Of a stretch of 62,000 nucleotides of DNA, positions 49,553 through 62,000 are shown one piece after another. The stretch comes from Lama guanicoe (taxonomy: Eukaryota). The notes under the pieces are model-generated. The model ran no database searches and was not told where the DNA came from. It saw nothing but the letters and a program-made list of their open reading frames with translations. Both the position numbers and the translations under genes were made by a program. How positions within the stretch are numbered: the first letter of the stretch is position 1; each line of letters starts with the position of its first letter. The DNA lies in assembly GCA_013239625.1 (NCBI GenBank), contig MU053881.1, positions 2,976,001 to 3,038,000 of the forward strand, in the 5' to 3' direction.

Positions 49553-52491
49553 GAGGAGAGTACAAGAGATAAACTTCCGCTTCAGTTTTGAGGAAATGGG
49601 TGAGAAGCCATCCCTCTCCTAGCTTTCCTGGGATTCCGAGTTGGCCTAAACGTCGGTTGGCCAAACAGAACAGAGGGGAGGGTAAGGCCCAAAAGCCAGG
49701 GAGCCACCCTGCCTCTCATCCCCACATCCAATCAGCCACCAAGTTCAATCCATTCATTCTTCACAAAATCTCTCCAGCCCAGTTCAGGGCCCCTCTGGTT
49801 TTCACATGAACTGTCACTCATGCTTTGGAACATCTGCCTCCAGTTATGTCCTTGTGACTCTTTTTTCTACAAGCAGAGAGATCTTTCTTAAATGCCAGTC
49901 CGACCAGGGACACTCTTGTGCCACAGCTCTCCAAAGCCTGGAGTCCATTACCATTGGCAATGGCATTCAAGTCCTTTCACCATGTGACCCAACCTAGCCT
50001 TTCCTTTAGTCCATTCCCTTCCTTTCGGACAACATAGAATCCTCCTTTAAATGCTCGCACGTGGTCCTGTCTTTCCAACTGTCCCTCTGTCTGAAATTGC
50101 CTTCCACACCAGGTTCAGCATACAGGTTGATCTTTTGTGAAGCTTCCCCATGTTTCTCTCCCGACTCAGTCAGCCCCACCATCCTCGGGCTCCCATAGCA
50201 TCGTACCCGTTCTTTTATCTCAGTCCCTAAGCTGCCCTGTGGTCCTAGCTTATCTTTCTGTCTGTCTCTCCCCCCAGGCTGGGAGCTCCTTTGGGGCAGA
50301 GCCAGGCTTCATTCATCCACAAGTCTTCAACACCCAGCTCATACCTGGCACAGAGAGGAGCCTTACCGACCTCTGATACATTGCATAATGCCCAAGGAAT
50401 TGTTAGTGCTTCATCCCACTTACTATGTTTATTGAACTTAATCATTTAAACCATTTCTGAGGGAGTGGGGGACCAGAGAGTCAATGATTCAACCTCCACC
50501 TTGCTCAGGGGAGCAACTGTGGCAGGCTCAGGAGGTCGCCCTCTCCAGCTGCTGGGATCTGAGATTTCCAGTTCACACTCATTAGGCTGCCTTGGGGAAA
50601 TAAATGGGGTTTCCAGGAGGGTGGGGGGAATTTTCAAACCATCCTGACCCAATGCCAACAAAACCAGACGTGGAAGCAGATGGTGATGACCGGGAGGGCA
50701 TTCACACTGGAGGGAGAGAACCTCAACCCACCCTTGGCTCGTCTGAGAATTATTGGACCAGAGGAGGACAGTGCGTTGAATTGATAACAGAGGGAGAACA
50801 GGGTAATGCTTTGCTAATCTCCAGCCCAGGAGGTCCCCAAAGACATAGGCAGTCAGATTACTCACCCCAGCTTCAACAAGGAAAGAGAAGGGAGGGAGGG
50901 GATCCCACCTCCAAGTTCTGTGCCCCAAGCTCCGTGCTGGGGGCTTGAACCCCCATTGTCTCTGCTTACCTTCCACCATCACTCAAGGAGCAAGATGCTG
51001 AAGGTGAAGGAATGGAGGCTCAGAGAGGTAAGAGCATTAGTCAAATTCACCCAGCTGGTAAGTGGTGAACAGAACTTCCGATCTAGTTGGAATGGCTGCC
51101 TCGCCTTCATCCCAGCTAGGCCAGTGAGGTGGAGAGAGCGTGAGTTTCACAGTCAGTGGGCGAACCTGCTGGAATCCTGATCTTGCTCTTTGCAGCCAAG
51201 CGGATTATGTAACCCACAGAGCCTCTTCGAGGCTTGATTTCCTCACATGCACAACGGGGCATGGTAAGCTCTTCTCTCGGGGCCACTGTGTGAGGTCTAG
51301 GTGGGAGAATACATCTCCTGGGCAGGCGCATAGTAGGGGTGCAGTGAAGGTGCTGGCTACATTCTCTTTATTTTCAGATCCTTTGGACAATCTATCTCAT
51401 TGCCAACTTCTAAGTCAGCTGAAACTGGAGAGGTCAGGCCTCAGCCTTCAGTCCCCACCGATCCTCTGACCTTAGGCAAGTCCGTTCACCTTTTCGGGTC
51501 TCAGTTTTCTCCTCTGTGAAATAGGAGTGCTTGGCAGGTTCCCTGTACCCCAACCTGGGGTTTTCCAAAGACAGGAATGAATGGGGGATGGGGAGGGAGG
51601 GCAGTTCCAAGCATTAGGGTAGGCTGGGCTAACAACGTTGGCATATTTCTCAGCTTTGGGTTGGAGTGATAACATCCAGTGACTTACCTCTTGCTGAACA
51701 AAGCTCTGACTGACAGTTAAGTGTCTTTGATTAATAAAAAATAGGGGAAATGAATTAATCATGGCTTAAATGCAGTGTGTTTGGGAAACAGAATCTTTTA
51801 AAAACTCAAATCTACTGGGGACAGGAGGGGAGCAAGTGTCCTTGACGGTGAAAGGTTGAGAAGCCCCGGGGTGGACGTCCATGGAACCCTCTAGCTTTGG
51901 ACAGAGGACCTGCATGGCTGGGATCTGTGGGCGCTGCCGCTTAGGGACCAGAGGCTTGGTCCCTTTAAGGCTCTTCTCCCCTCCACTAAGCCCCAGGCCT
52001 CTGCGGAGGAGGACATGCATTATTGAAAACGCATTTCAATACCTATTCACTCTCCTCCTCCTCCTGTGGGTGGCAATCACAGTTTACATAATCTGTCTCT
52101 CTGTCCTCCCAGGCAGCTGCTCCCTTCTGGCTGAGTGGTTTGAGGAGGGGGAGGGAGGGGAGAAGGGAGAGATGTTAACTGTGTGCTGCCACTTCAACTA
52201 GGGGCCAAGCTGCCGTGGACAGAAGGAATAAGAGCAGACATATCACACAGCCCCAGGTTCAAGTGTCACTTATGTGACGTGTGACCTTGAGTGCACCACT
52301 TGCCTACTCCTTCGTAATGTTGATCCTCTCCCATGGCCTCCATGATAATAGCTCTCAAATACTTGTTTCCAGCCCAGACTTCTCTCCTGAATTCCAAGTT
52401 TGTCTGTTACCAGCTTGAGGGACATCTCATTGTGCTCACAGGCAGTGTAGGCTTAGCACATATCCAACTAGTCTCACCAGTTTTCTCCCAA

Positions 52492-52681
52492 ACCATTCAT
52501 CTATCCATCTAACCACTCATCCATCCACCCATCCATCCACCCATCCATTCATCCGACCACTCATTCATTCATTTCAACCACCCATCCATTACCCATTCAT
52601 GTAACCACCTAATCATCCATCCATCATCCCTACATTCAACCATCCATCCATCCATCCATCATCCACCCATCCACCCACCAT
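52492..52681. repeat. Degenerate (CCAT/CATT)n tetranucleotide repeat
   Basis: Directly visible; runs into a reverse L2 3' end. Confidence 0.9.
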
Positions 52682-52974
52682 TTACTAAGTGTCTAGCATT
52701 TGTCACCATGAGGGCTACAGCAAAACACAAGACAGTCATCATGTTTTTCCTCCCAATACTTAGATTACTGTGAAGGAGACAGACAAGTAAACAGGAAGTT
52801 CTAATAAATGTGATGAGTGTGACAATAAGGGCAGTGTAAGGTGCTAAAGGAACATGGGGGTGAGTGGTATCCAATACAGCCTTGGGGGATTAGAGAGGAC
52901 TTTTTGGAGGAGATGACAGCGAGGCTGAGACCTGAATGAACCTCCTTTTCCTCTGTGTTCCTTGTCTCCATTAT

Positions 52975-53466
52975 CCAAGTGGATTAGCACCCAGCACCCA
53001 TTAGCCTTCCTTCTAACAACAGTGTAACAGCACCTCTTTGGGAGGACTTACCTCCCTTCCCACTGGTGGTCCTTCTGAACTGGGTGGGAAGATCATGTCA
53101 TCACTAGTTCCAGAGGTAAGTGTGTGACCCAGCCCTGGCTATAGGGATGGGTTTGGAGTCAGTTCATTGAGCTCCAATCCTGGAGCTTTGCTGGAACCAC
53201 CAGGAATGGGATATCCTATTTCTACTGGAGTCACTCAGCTGGTGGTGGGTGGTTGTCACTCCGAGGGGGAATGCCTGCTTGAGAGTGAGGCCAACGTATG
53301 GGAGAGCAGAACTGAAAGACGTTGAAAGAGAGTCTCAGGGTCATCACTTGAACCCCTGGATCCAGGTGTGCCTGACGCTAGCCATGTCAGATTTTTCTTT
53401 TTTTTCGCTTTGAGCCATTTTGAGTTGGGTTTCCATCACTTGCAGTCAAAAGGGCCCTCATTAACA
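52975..53466 (+). mobile_element. MaLR (MLT1-type) solo LTR
   Basis: CCCAGCACCCATT start, TGTGACCCAG, CTGGATCCAGGTGTGCCTGA and the end CATCACTTGCAGTCAAAAG. Confidence 0.65.
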
Positions 53467-54931
53467 GTAAAGAGTCTCGTTAACAGCAGGAAAGCATTTT
53501 CACATCTTCTGTCTTGTTTGTTTTTCACAACAGCCCTAGGAGGCTGTTTACAGATGATGAAATGAAGCTCAGGATGTTGAGTCAGTGCAACTCAGAGCCA
53601 GGTCTTTCGAACATGAAGTCCATGCTTTATTCAGGACATCTTAGAGATTAAATAAGGAGGATGCTGGAGACTAGGACTTCGATCTGAGAGGAGAGGGAGC
53701 TAAGCAACTAGCCCACAGGAGATGACCTTCCTCCCCACAGTCAGCCCACATTCCACAACATGACCATGTTTCAAAATCTGACTAAAAAGTCACCTCCTCC
53801 AAGAAATCACCTGGAGCCCCCCTCCTTGATGCTCTTCAGCCCCCATCAGTGTCTCCTGTATAACATCAGTCACTTTCAGCACCTCCCATTTTACTTTTTT
53901 AAGTCCATGACTCAGCTCCCTTCCAAGGAAGTCCAGGATTTACTCATCTTTGATTAGATTCAAACTCCTAGCCCCATGCCTGGCACCCAGTAGGGGCTCA
54001 ATGCATTAAAAAAAAAATCAGTATTTGAAGCAAATGAATGTCCAGGTAAGAATTACATTTAGGAAGTGAATTAGAGTGACAGGGAGATAGAGGGCAAAAT
54101 CGAAATGAGACACAGAGACAGACACACAGAGAAAGAATGAGTCAGCAGGAGGGTAAAAGACGGGGGCGGGGGTGCTGAGAAGAAAAGACAGAGAGAGTCC
54201 TGGGTGTGGTGGTTCAGGAGGCTCTGCTGGCCTCCGCTGGGGCTCAGTTGGCCTTGCTCCTGGAGCTTTGCTGGGGGAACCACCCGGAAAGGGCTCAGGT
54301 TGCTCTGAATGCAGTGGAGTGGGAGGGATAAAGCTGTGTGATGGATGGAGGGGAAGCTGGCGGATCAAGGAAGAGCCCCTGCGACCCCCTCCCTTTCCCT
54401 AGGGGCAGGAGAGCCAGGTTATCTTGAGGAACAGACAGACCTTAGAGGGGATGGTCGGACTTGTCAATGAGGGAGGGAAGGAGGCAAAGTAGTGGAGGTC
54501 AGCAGCAGCCAGGACCTTCCGGTGCCACGTCCTAGGTCGCCCACCAAGTGGTGGCTGCTGCGTGACTCCCCCCTCCAGGAGCTGAGTTTGGAGCCCAAAC
54601 CAGAGAAGGCCATGACATGCCCTCGCGGGCAGCGGGCCTGTGACTTGCCCCGCTCTGCTCTGAGACCCAGTGGTTGCCCAGCTGCCCCTCTGCGTCACAG
54701 TTTTCCCCCTCCCCATCTCCATGGCCCTGAGCACTGTCTGAAGTGAGCCTGTTTACTGTGCCAACCTACTTGTTTATGAGCCATTTCTCCCCCTGTAGGG
54801 GAAAGTCCATGGAGACAGAGACCATGGGGGTGTCCTGGTGCCTAAAATGGTGTCTTGAATGCTCACTAAATTGCTGAGTGGATTAATGAATGGAAGGACA
54901 GGTAGGATGGCACTGTGCGGGTTTGTCTCTC

Positions 54932-54973
54932 TGTGCGTGCGTGCGTGCGTGCGTGCGTGTGTGTGTGTGTGTG
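54932..54973. repeat. (TGCG)n(TG)n microsatellite
   Basis: Directly visible. Confidence 0.95.
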
Positions 54974-56099
54974 ATGGGGTGGGAGAGTTGTTTGGCGATG
55001 GCATTGACAAAGCACTTTACCAAGCAAGGCTCCTAAAATAAAGGTGTCTGGGCTCTGAGATGAGAGCCCTTGAGAAGAGAACGGCCCTTCTGAGGCTAAT
55101 TGTGTGGCTGTCAGCCTGAGTGTGGGCTGCTGAGGGGAGAGGGTGCCCCGGGGGGGCGGATGCTCCTCCTGCCCCAGCCACACCTGCTCTCCAGCAGTGA
55201 GGAAACCCGCCAGGGACCTGTTATAGCTGCAAGAGACAAAAGGATGCTACTTAGGGTGGTGGAAGCCAGAGGGCTGGGCCCTGGGCAAGATGGGGAGCCC
55301 CTCCAGTCCTGGGCCAGTTGAGGGAAGGAATGAGCGTGTGTCACCTAAGCCAGGGGCCGCCTTGTTCCAGGCATAGAGCTGGCTCCTCTTCACCAGGCTC
55401 TGCGGAAGGGATCATTGAACCAGATGAAGAGCCTAAGGCTCAGGGAGGTAAAGTGACTGATCCAGGGCCATGCAGTGAGTGTTGGCAGGCCAGGATCCAG
55501 CTCGGGTTGGCCTGATTCTTCTGTTCACATCACTGGCCATCCAACAAAATATTGGGGTTGTCAGGCACTGGGTTTCTGATGCCTGCTCACGTCTGCTGGA
55601 CTTTTGGGGAGATGCTAGACTTTTGGGGAGGGAGGAGGAAGGAAGAGGAGAAAGGGAGAGAGAATTTTCTCTTGTGTGAAATAAGGAGTGAGAGAGATGT
55701 CTTGGTAAATGTTTATTCACTTTTCTTTCTGTTTCTTTCTGTTCTGTCCCTTCTTACATCTTCCCACTGTGGTTTGAGATTGATGAGGAAATGAACTCAG
55801 GGTCTGTGGCCCCCTCCCTTGGGCTCCACTCCCAGCTCCAACCATGAGACCTTGGGCAAGTCATTCCCCTCTGTAGGTCCAGATACTTCCTCCGTGAGAT
55901 GCTGGTAACAATTCTGACCTCTCAGGGAGGCTGTGAGCACTTAAAGAGACAGAGGAAGTAGAGGAAGCCCAGCACCTAAGTGAGATGCCACTGTATTAGC
56001 CAGAGGATCCAGAGAGCCTATTTCCACAATCCCAGTCACCCCCCTTGGCCACCCAAGATGACTTTCTGAAATGAAAGGTAGACCTTGTCCCTCCCCTTC

Positions 56100-56905
56100 C
56101 AGGGACTTGAACAAGCACTTTAGGAAAGATGATGTCCAAATGGCCAGTAAGCATACAAAAAGGTATTCAACCTCACTAGTCATCAGGGAAGTGCAAATTA
56201 CAACTACCGCGTGCTCACTAGAGTGGTTAAAATGGAAAAGCCAGAAAATGTCAAATACTGGTCAGGATATGGAACTACTGGAACTTTCATGCAGTACAAT
56301 GGGGAGTATAAATTGGGACTCCCATTTTGGAAAAAACATTGGTACTCCATGGGGAACCTGCATCCCCTGATACATTGATTCTACTCCTTGGCATAAACCT
56401 GACAGAAATGTAGATAAATATTCATCCAAAGACACATGCAAGAATCTACATGGCAGCACTTTTCATAAGAGGTCCAAGCTGAACACAAACCAAGTATTTA
56501 TCAGCACTAGAATGATGGATAGATTTTGGTACAATCGCACAATGGAATACAATTTAGCAATGAGATCAAACTCTGTGAATGTGAATGAATGCAACATGAT
56601 AACAATATGAAAGAACCTCAGACACAATGTTGAGTGAAAGAAGTCAGATACAAACCACTACATGATTTCATTTACATGAAGTTCAAAAACAAACCAGCTA
56701 ATCAGTGGGGTTAGAAGTCAAGACAGTGGTTCCTTTGGGAGGATGGTGACTGGGGAGGAGAGCAAAGGGGACTTTGTGTGATGCTGGTAAATTTCTGGTT
56801 CTTGGTTGGTTACAGGGGTATGTTTGCTTTGTGAAAATTTACTGAGCTGTAAACATATGATACAACCACTTTTATGAATGCAGATTGCATTTCAATAAAA
56901 ATTTT
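56100..56905 (+). mobile_element. Old L1M-type LINE-1 3' fragment
   Basis: Degenerate ORF2 peptide [32 protein letters not shown], followed by L1M-like 3'UTR ending TTCAATAAAAA. Confidence 0.8.
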
Positions 56906-58719
56906 CTGCAAAGCCCCCCACTCTTCCATGGCACCCTCCTAGCCTGGGACAAGGTCCTAGCTCTGTGGCTGTCATTCAAGGTCCTCTGCTGCCTGCTCTG
57001 GTCCCCTTGTCATCACTCCCTACCTTAAGCCACAGAGGACGGTGGGTAGGTCTTTCCACAGGCCAGGCTGTTTTTCATCTTTGTGTCTTTGCCCTTGTGG
57101 TTCCTCCATCTGTCATCTTTTCTCCCCATTTTTGTCCACCTCCTCATCCTTTCCTGAACACCACATGCCCAGCGGGGCCAGGTACCCCTCCTCTGAGCTC
57201 TCACCATCCCCATCCCACACTTCCTTTCATCTCAGCAATTCCCATATGGTTTTTAATATTTTTATCATATGCTTGTCCCACTCCCCCAAGATCAGGACCT
57301 GCAGTGGATTCATATCTCTGACCCTAGTCCTCAGCATGAAGCCTGGCACGGTGGACAAACAGTGAATGTTTGCAAAATGGATGAAGGCATGCTCCTTCTT
57401 ATTTTGAGCTCCTATTCACTCCTCTGTAGCTTCTCTCATTTCATCCCAAGCTGGATCCCCATCATTGTCCTGCAACAGTCTTCCAGAGATTTCTCTTCTC
57501 TGGGATCCTATCTCCCATGTGATGGGTTTCTCTGCCTCCTCTCTGTCAACTGGAAATGGACGCAGATTCCCCTACTCTGGACCCCTCCCCTCCTTCATTC
57601 TCACCACACTCAGTTCCCCTAGATGGCTCCTGGGAGCCAAGGTACGGATTAGTTGTCCAGAGAGGGGAGTTTGGCCAGGCACCTTTCCCTCAAACTCTAG
57701 TCCCTGAGGACATCAGATCCTCCCATCACAGACACCATGGGAGTGGTTCAAAAATGGAACAGGATGCTTGGGGGTTTGTGGGGAGCTTTTTGTCACCAGA
57801 GGCATGCAAGCAGGAACCGGCTGACGCAGTCAGGAGTGCTATTGGTGGCAGGTTCAATTTAGTCCCTCCAATTCAGTGGAATAAAGGAAGAAAAATGATG
57901 TCAATTGAGGTAGTGCTGTGCACCAAGCCCCTTCCATGCGTCACCTCGTAGACTTTGCGCCATTGTTCTGGGAGGAAAGTGTTATCATTGTCCCCATTTT
58001 AAAGATGATGAAACTGCAGCTCAGAGAAGTGAAGAGTCTTGCTAGGAATTTGACATATTAAGAAAGACCTAGAATTTGAACCCAGGTCTTTCTGATTCCC
58101 AGGGTTGCCCTCTTTCTACAGCATGTCTGAGACCTTTTGATTCCATTCCAAGGAAACACCTGCTGTTGCATTGTACCCAGCCTGTCGAAGGCATGGTGTG
58201 TGCCTCTGAGTCCCTGGGGGTGCCCACTGACCCACCATCAGCCATGTTTTGGGCCAAGGGTGATGGCGAGGACCAGGAAGCCTGAACGCATCAGCATTTG
58301 ATCACGGAAGAGAGCCCCTCTGAGCAGCTGCAGTCACTCCCAGTACATCGTGGACCGCAAACGAAAGGCCAAGGGGCTAAGTGTGATTTCACTATAAACA
58401 GTTTACTCATTGGCATTTGCCCTCTATTTTCCATCAATTTGATTTTCATTTCTTGGTGTGTACTGATTGGACAAATGAGGAAAGGCGGAAAGCTCAAGCT
58501 AATGAAATTCTCTCCCTCCCCTACCTTTCTGAATGTCTTGAGTTAAGGACTCACAAATTAGGAGGCACCTCCATGCACTGACCTTAAGATTTCCATTGCT
58601 TCCTGTGAATGACAGGCCCTGGCAGCCCCACTGGCAACCTGAGTCCACCTCTTAGACCCCAAGTCTTTCCAACACCATGAGCTGCAGCCCAGGGTCTGTA
58701 CGACAGAGACAAGGACTCT

Positions 58720-59058
58720 GAATCCCCAAGCATTCCACCTGTATTTCCAAGCCCTTATAGTGAGACAGGTCACGGGACTAGTTCTGGCCAAGAGCCAGTG
58801 GGTGTCACTTGTATTTAAGAGTGGGTGTGAGCTCTCCACTGGCCCTCTTGCCCTGCTTCCTAGTGATGGGGCTACCCTGAATCCCTGAGCCACTTCTTGG
58901 AAGGAAGCTGCCTGAAGAGTGGCTGGCCCCACAGCAGACTTCACGTGAGAGAGAAGCAAACCTTTGCTATATTAAAAGATTTCAGGATTACTTAATTTAA
59001 TTAAATTTGCAGAGATTTCAGGATTAATTTGTTACCATTGAATAACCTGACAAATACA
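58720..59058 (+). mobile_element. MaLR (MLT1H/J-like) LTR fragment
   Basis: GACTAGTTCTGGCCAA...GTGAGAGAGAAGCAAACC...TTGTTACC...CTGACAAATACA end. Confidence 0.6.
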
Positions 59059-59349
59059 GTCCCTTAGCTCCCCTGCCCTTTTTGCAATGCCGCAGCTCCT
59101 CATATGTGTCAGGTATTGTGTTGGGCATAGACATAAGATGTGGTGGGTACCCTGACTCTCGAGGAGACGGTGGATGAAAATGAAAGAGTTTCTATAATGC
59201 AGAGCATCAGTGCTGTGATAGAAGGACATCCAGGGTCTGTGGGAGTCCAAAGAAAGGGTGACAAGGTAGAAAGAGGGGCAAGTCACAGAAGGCTTCCTGG
59301 AGGAGGTGATTTCTCAGTTGGGTTGTAGTGGATGAATAGAAGTTAGTCC

Positions 59350-59629
59350 AATGGCCACAAACTGATGGCTTGTACTGTTTTGTCAGCACAATATTTAATT
59401 TTTTTCCTGGTAATTCACAATATTTAAAAATGAGGAGTCTCGCAAAGATCTGGATTTGAGGCTTCACTTAAAAAATCAGGATATTAACACTGGGTGGGTC
59501 CATGGGCTTGTATGGTAAGAGTTGGCCGGGGCTGGCAGGGGTGGCCCCTTTCAACAGGCATGCCACTGCTGTTAATCTTTATGCATTTGCTCCCTGCCAG
59601 CCAGCAAACAGTTGGGTTTGCAACCCCTG
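59350..59629. mobile_element. MER102-like hAT MITE
   Basis: GATTTGAGGCTTCACTTAAAAAATCAGGA...AACACTGGG...GGGTTTGCAACCCCTG terminus. Confidence 0.45.
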
Positions 59630-60899
59630 AGTGAGTAATTCTTGTTAGACTTCCTCAGCTCAGTGGATCCGTTTCAGCCATGGGGCCCAGGGCCAGTCTT
59701 GTCCAGCCACCTCCCTCTCCAGACCATCAGAGGATCCAGGAACCCTTCATGGTAAGCATGCGAGACCCCCGCCTGGCCAACCACTGGTCCCAGATGGGGT
59801 GGACCCTGGCCCAGCCATGGTGGGAGAAAGGAAGCCCCAGTGATGGTCCCACATAGGCTGGCCTCCCTTGAATCCTTGTAGTAGACATTTGCTGCCCAGA
59901 ACCCATTCCTCCTTGATTTTCTTTTGGGGAACCGTCCCCTCCTTAGTGTTCAGACTTGGAGGGAGTCTAACCAAGCCTCCAAGCTCTCTGCTGGCCAAGA
60001 GGAGGACAAAGGACACACGCCAGACCAGCTGGTGCCCCTCCGGGGGCTGGGAATCACGAGCAGACTGATGAAAGGAAGTAAAAACACTTGTGGCTGATGC
60101 GTCCCAAAAGGGAACTTCAGAAAAATACGGCCTCAGCTCCTGCTCCCAGGCCCCTTGTCTGCGCTGGTCCCTGTCCTTTCCTGACCCAGACCACCAGCCT
60201 GCCCTTTCGTTCTGGGTGCTCTCTGGTCATCTCCTAAGGACCCCTGCTTCTGTTTGAGTGAGGCAGATTTGGTTTCTGTTGCTTGCTACCAACACACCGT
60301 AACTCATAAACAGCCCCCTTCAAAGGCTGGCTTGAATGGTTTGGGGTCACCAGACTCCCCTGAGTGCCTAGCTGCAGAGATCCCTTCCAGACCACTCTCT
60401 GGGGGCAGCCCTGACTGTACTGACTGCTGGCTGCCACTGCCCTGGTCCCTGGACCCCTGGCTCTGTCTGGGGGCTCCTTTGCCCTCCCCAGGACAAAGCT
60501 TGCCCCAAAGTTTGTGGCTGGGTTGGGAGACACCCACCTTGTGGGCTCATTATGGCCTCTGGAGTTGAGGGACTCCTTGCAGGACCTCTGGGTTTTCTCT
60601 TGGTCAAGGACCACCTTTATCTTACTTCTGTGCATACATCCTGCTTGACCCGCTCTGCACTGCACACTGAACAAAAGTAACACACTCACTTTTTAATCTT
60701 TAATTCATATATGTGAAAAGGGAACACGAGTTCATTCTCAGAAACAGGACACCGCATTGTGTTCTGTAAATGGAAGGTAATGGTAAAAAATAAATACATC
60801 GGAAATACAATACTGTTATTCATTTTCAGCTGGATACTGTTACCAGCTGAAGGCTGAGCCTCTGTGTTGAAAAGGAAGATCAACAAGTGTGAGAGAGGC

Positions 60900-61175
60900 A
60901 GGTGGAAAGGGACAGACTGGGAGTTCAAAATTTGCAGATACTGACAGGCATATGCAGAATAGATATACAAGATTATACTGTGTAGCACAGAGAAATATAT
61001 ACAAGATCTTGTGGTGGCTCACAGTGAAAAAAATGTGACAATGAATATATGTATGTCCATGTATAACTGAAAAATTGTGCTCTACCCTGGAAATTGACAC
61101 AACACTATAAAATGACTATAATTCAATAAAAAATGTTAAAAAAAGAGAAAGAAAATGAAAAAAAAAACCCCAAAA
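60900..61175 (+). mobile_element. Short LINE-1 3'UTR insertion with 18-bp TSD
   Basis: 3'UTR similar to the copies at 33.0 and 39.1 kb, with polyA. AACAAGTGTGAGAGAGGC (60882-60899) and AACAATTGTGAGAGAGGC (61176-61193) differ at one base. Confidence 0.9.
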
Positions 61176-62000
61176 AACAATTGTGAGAGAGGCTTGGAGG
61201 AGATGCTGATCTCCAATGGATCAATCGGAAAGGAGGTAACTCCCGCCGGTGGTATTTAACTGTGCCTGAACGACACTTCAAGTGATCTCATGGGCCACTG
61301 ATGGTTGGCGCCCACTTTGTGGACACTGCCTCAGGAGCCTGCCTGCCTCAGGAGCCTGTGGCCAGCTGGCTGCCGGGACCTGATCTCTGCCACTTGCCTG
61401 GACTTCGTCACTACTGTCTGCCTGAAACAGATTTCTGCTGCCCGCCTGCCGCATGCCCAGCATGCGCTGTATTCCAGACGGAGCCCTTCCTAAATGACAG
61501 ATACGGTGATGGGTGTTTTCCATAGGTTATCTCAATGTTCCCTAGGTTTCAGTCATTCGTGTGCCACCTTCATGATTTCTGCTGTGTTGCGACTGTTCAT
61601 TCATTTGGTATTTTCCTTTAAATCGATTTGCCTTTCAAAAAGCACAGCATTTTATTTTAAAAGGAAATGCTACATTCTTTCCATAAATCATGGAGTCTAG
61701 CGGGCTGCTTATGTTTTGCTAACGTGCATCAATTGTGAGCTATTAAAATAATAAATGTTCATCCATATCCCACCTGAAACCACTGTGCACACCATCAATC
61801 ACACGCGTGCCAGCCTCTGGGAAATACTGCAGCATCTCAGTTCATGCTCACACATCCCTGGAAGGAGGGTTTACACATAAGAATGTGGAGGTTCAAGTCC
61901 TGAACCTGAAGTCCTGCAGGTGGGAAGGCTTGGGGCTGAGATCTGAATCCAGACCACCTCACTTAAAATGCCTAGGCTATTTCAACACTAGTGCTTTATA

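Noticed and set aside
58977..59026. 14-bp direct repeat AGATTTCAGGATTA with a 22-bp spacer (also the 24-bp duplication at 6072-6118)
   Set aside because: Only two copies each, in mammalian DNA (the 14-bp pair inside an LTR). These are local duplications, not a CRISPR-like or functional array.

Overview
Mammalian genomic DNA, probably camelid (Camelus/Vicugna), judged from tRNA-derived SINEs with a GGGGAGGGTATAGCTCAGTGGTAGAG-type head that resemble camelid Vic-1. The only protein-coding gene I can support is complexin-2 (CPLX2) on the minus strand. Its three coding exons are 1231-1201, 1064-889 and 144-<1; the last is cut by the window edge about 17 codons before the stop. A probable non-coding first exon ends at 8397 inside a CpG island (~6.9-8.6 kb). 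The remaining ~53 kb is non-coding and rich in repeats: MIR, L2, L1 3' ends, MaLR/ERVL LTRs, hAT MITEs, SINEs and microsatellites. Nearly all listed ORFs are chance or repeat-derived. I found no convincing new biological system. The best leads are regulatory: a 10-codon uORF just before the CPLX2 start, an RE1/REST-like site in intron 1, a CTCF site with its upstream module at ~38.0 kb, and an antisense bias of L1/LTR insertions suggesting the upstream region is intron of a longer CPLX2 transcript. Repeat families were named by eye and their boundaries are approximate.
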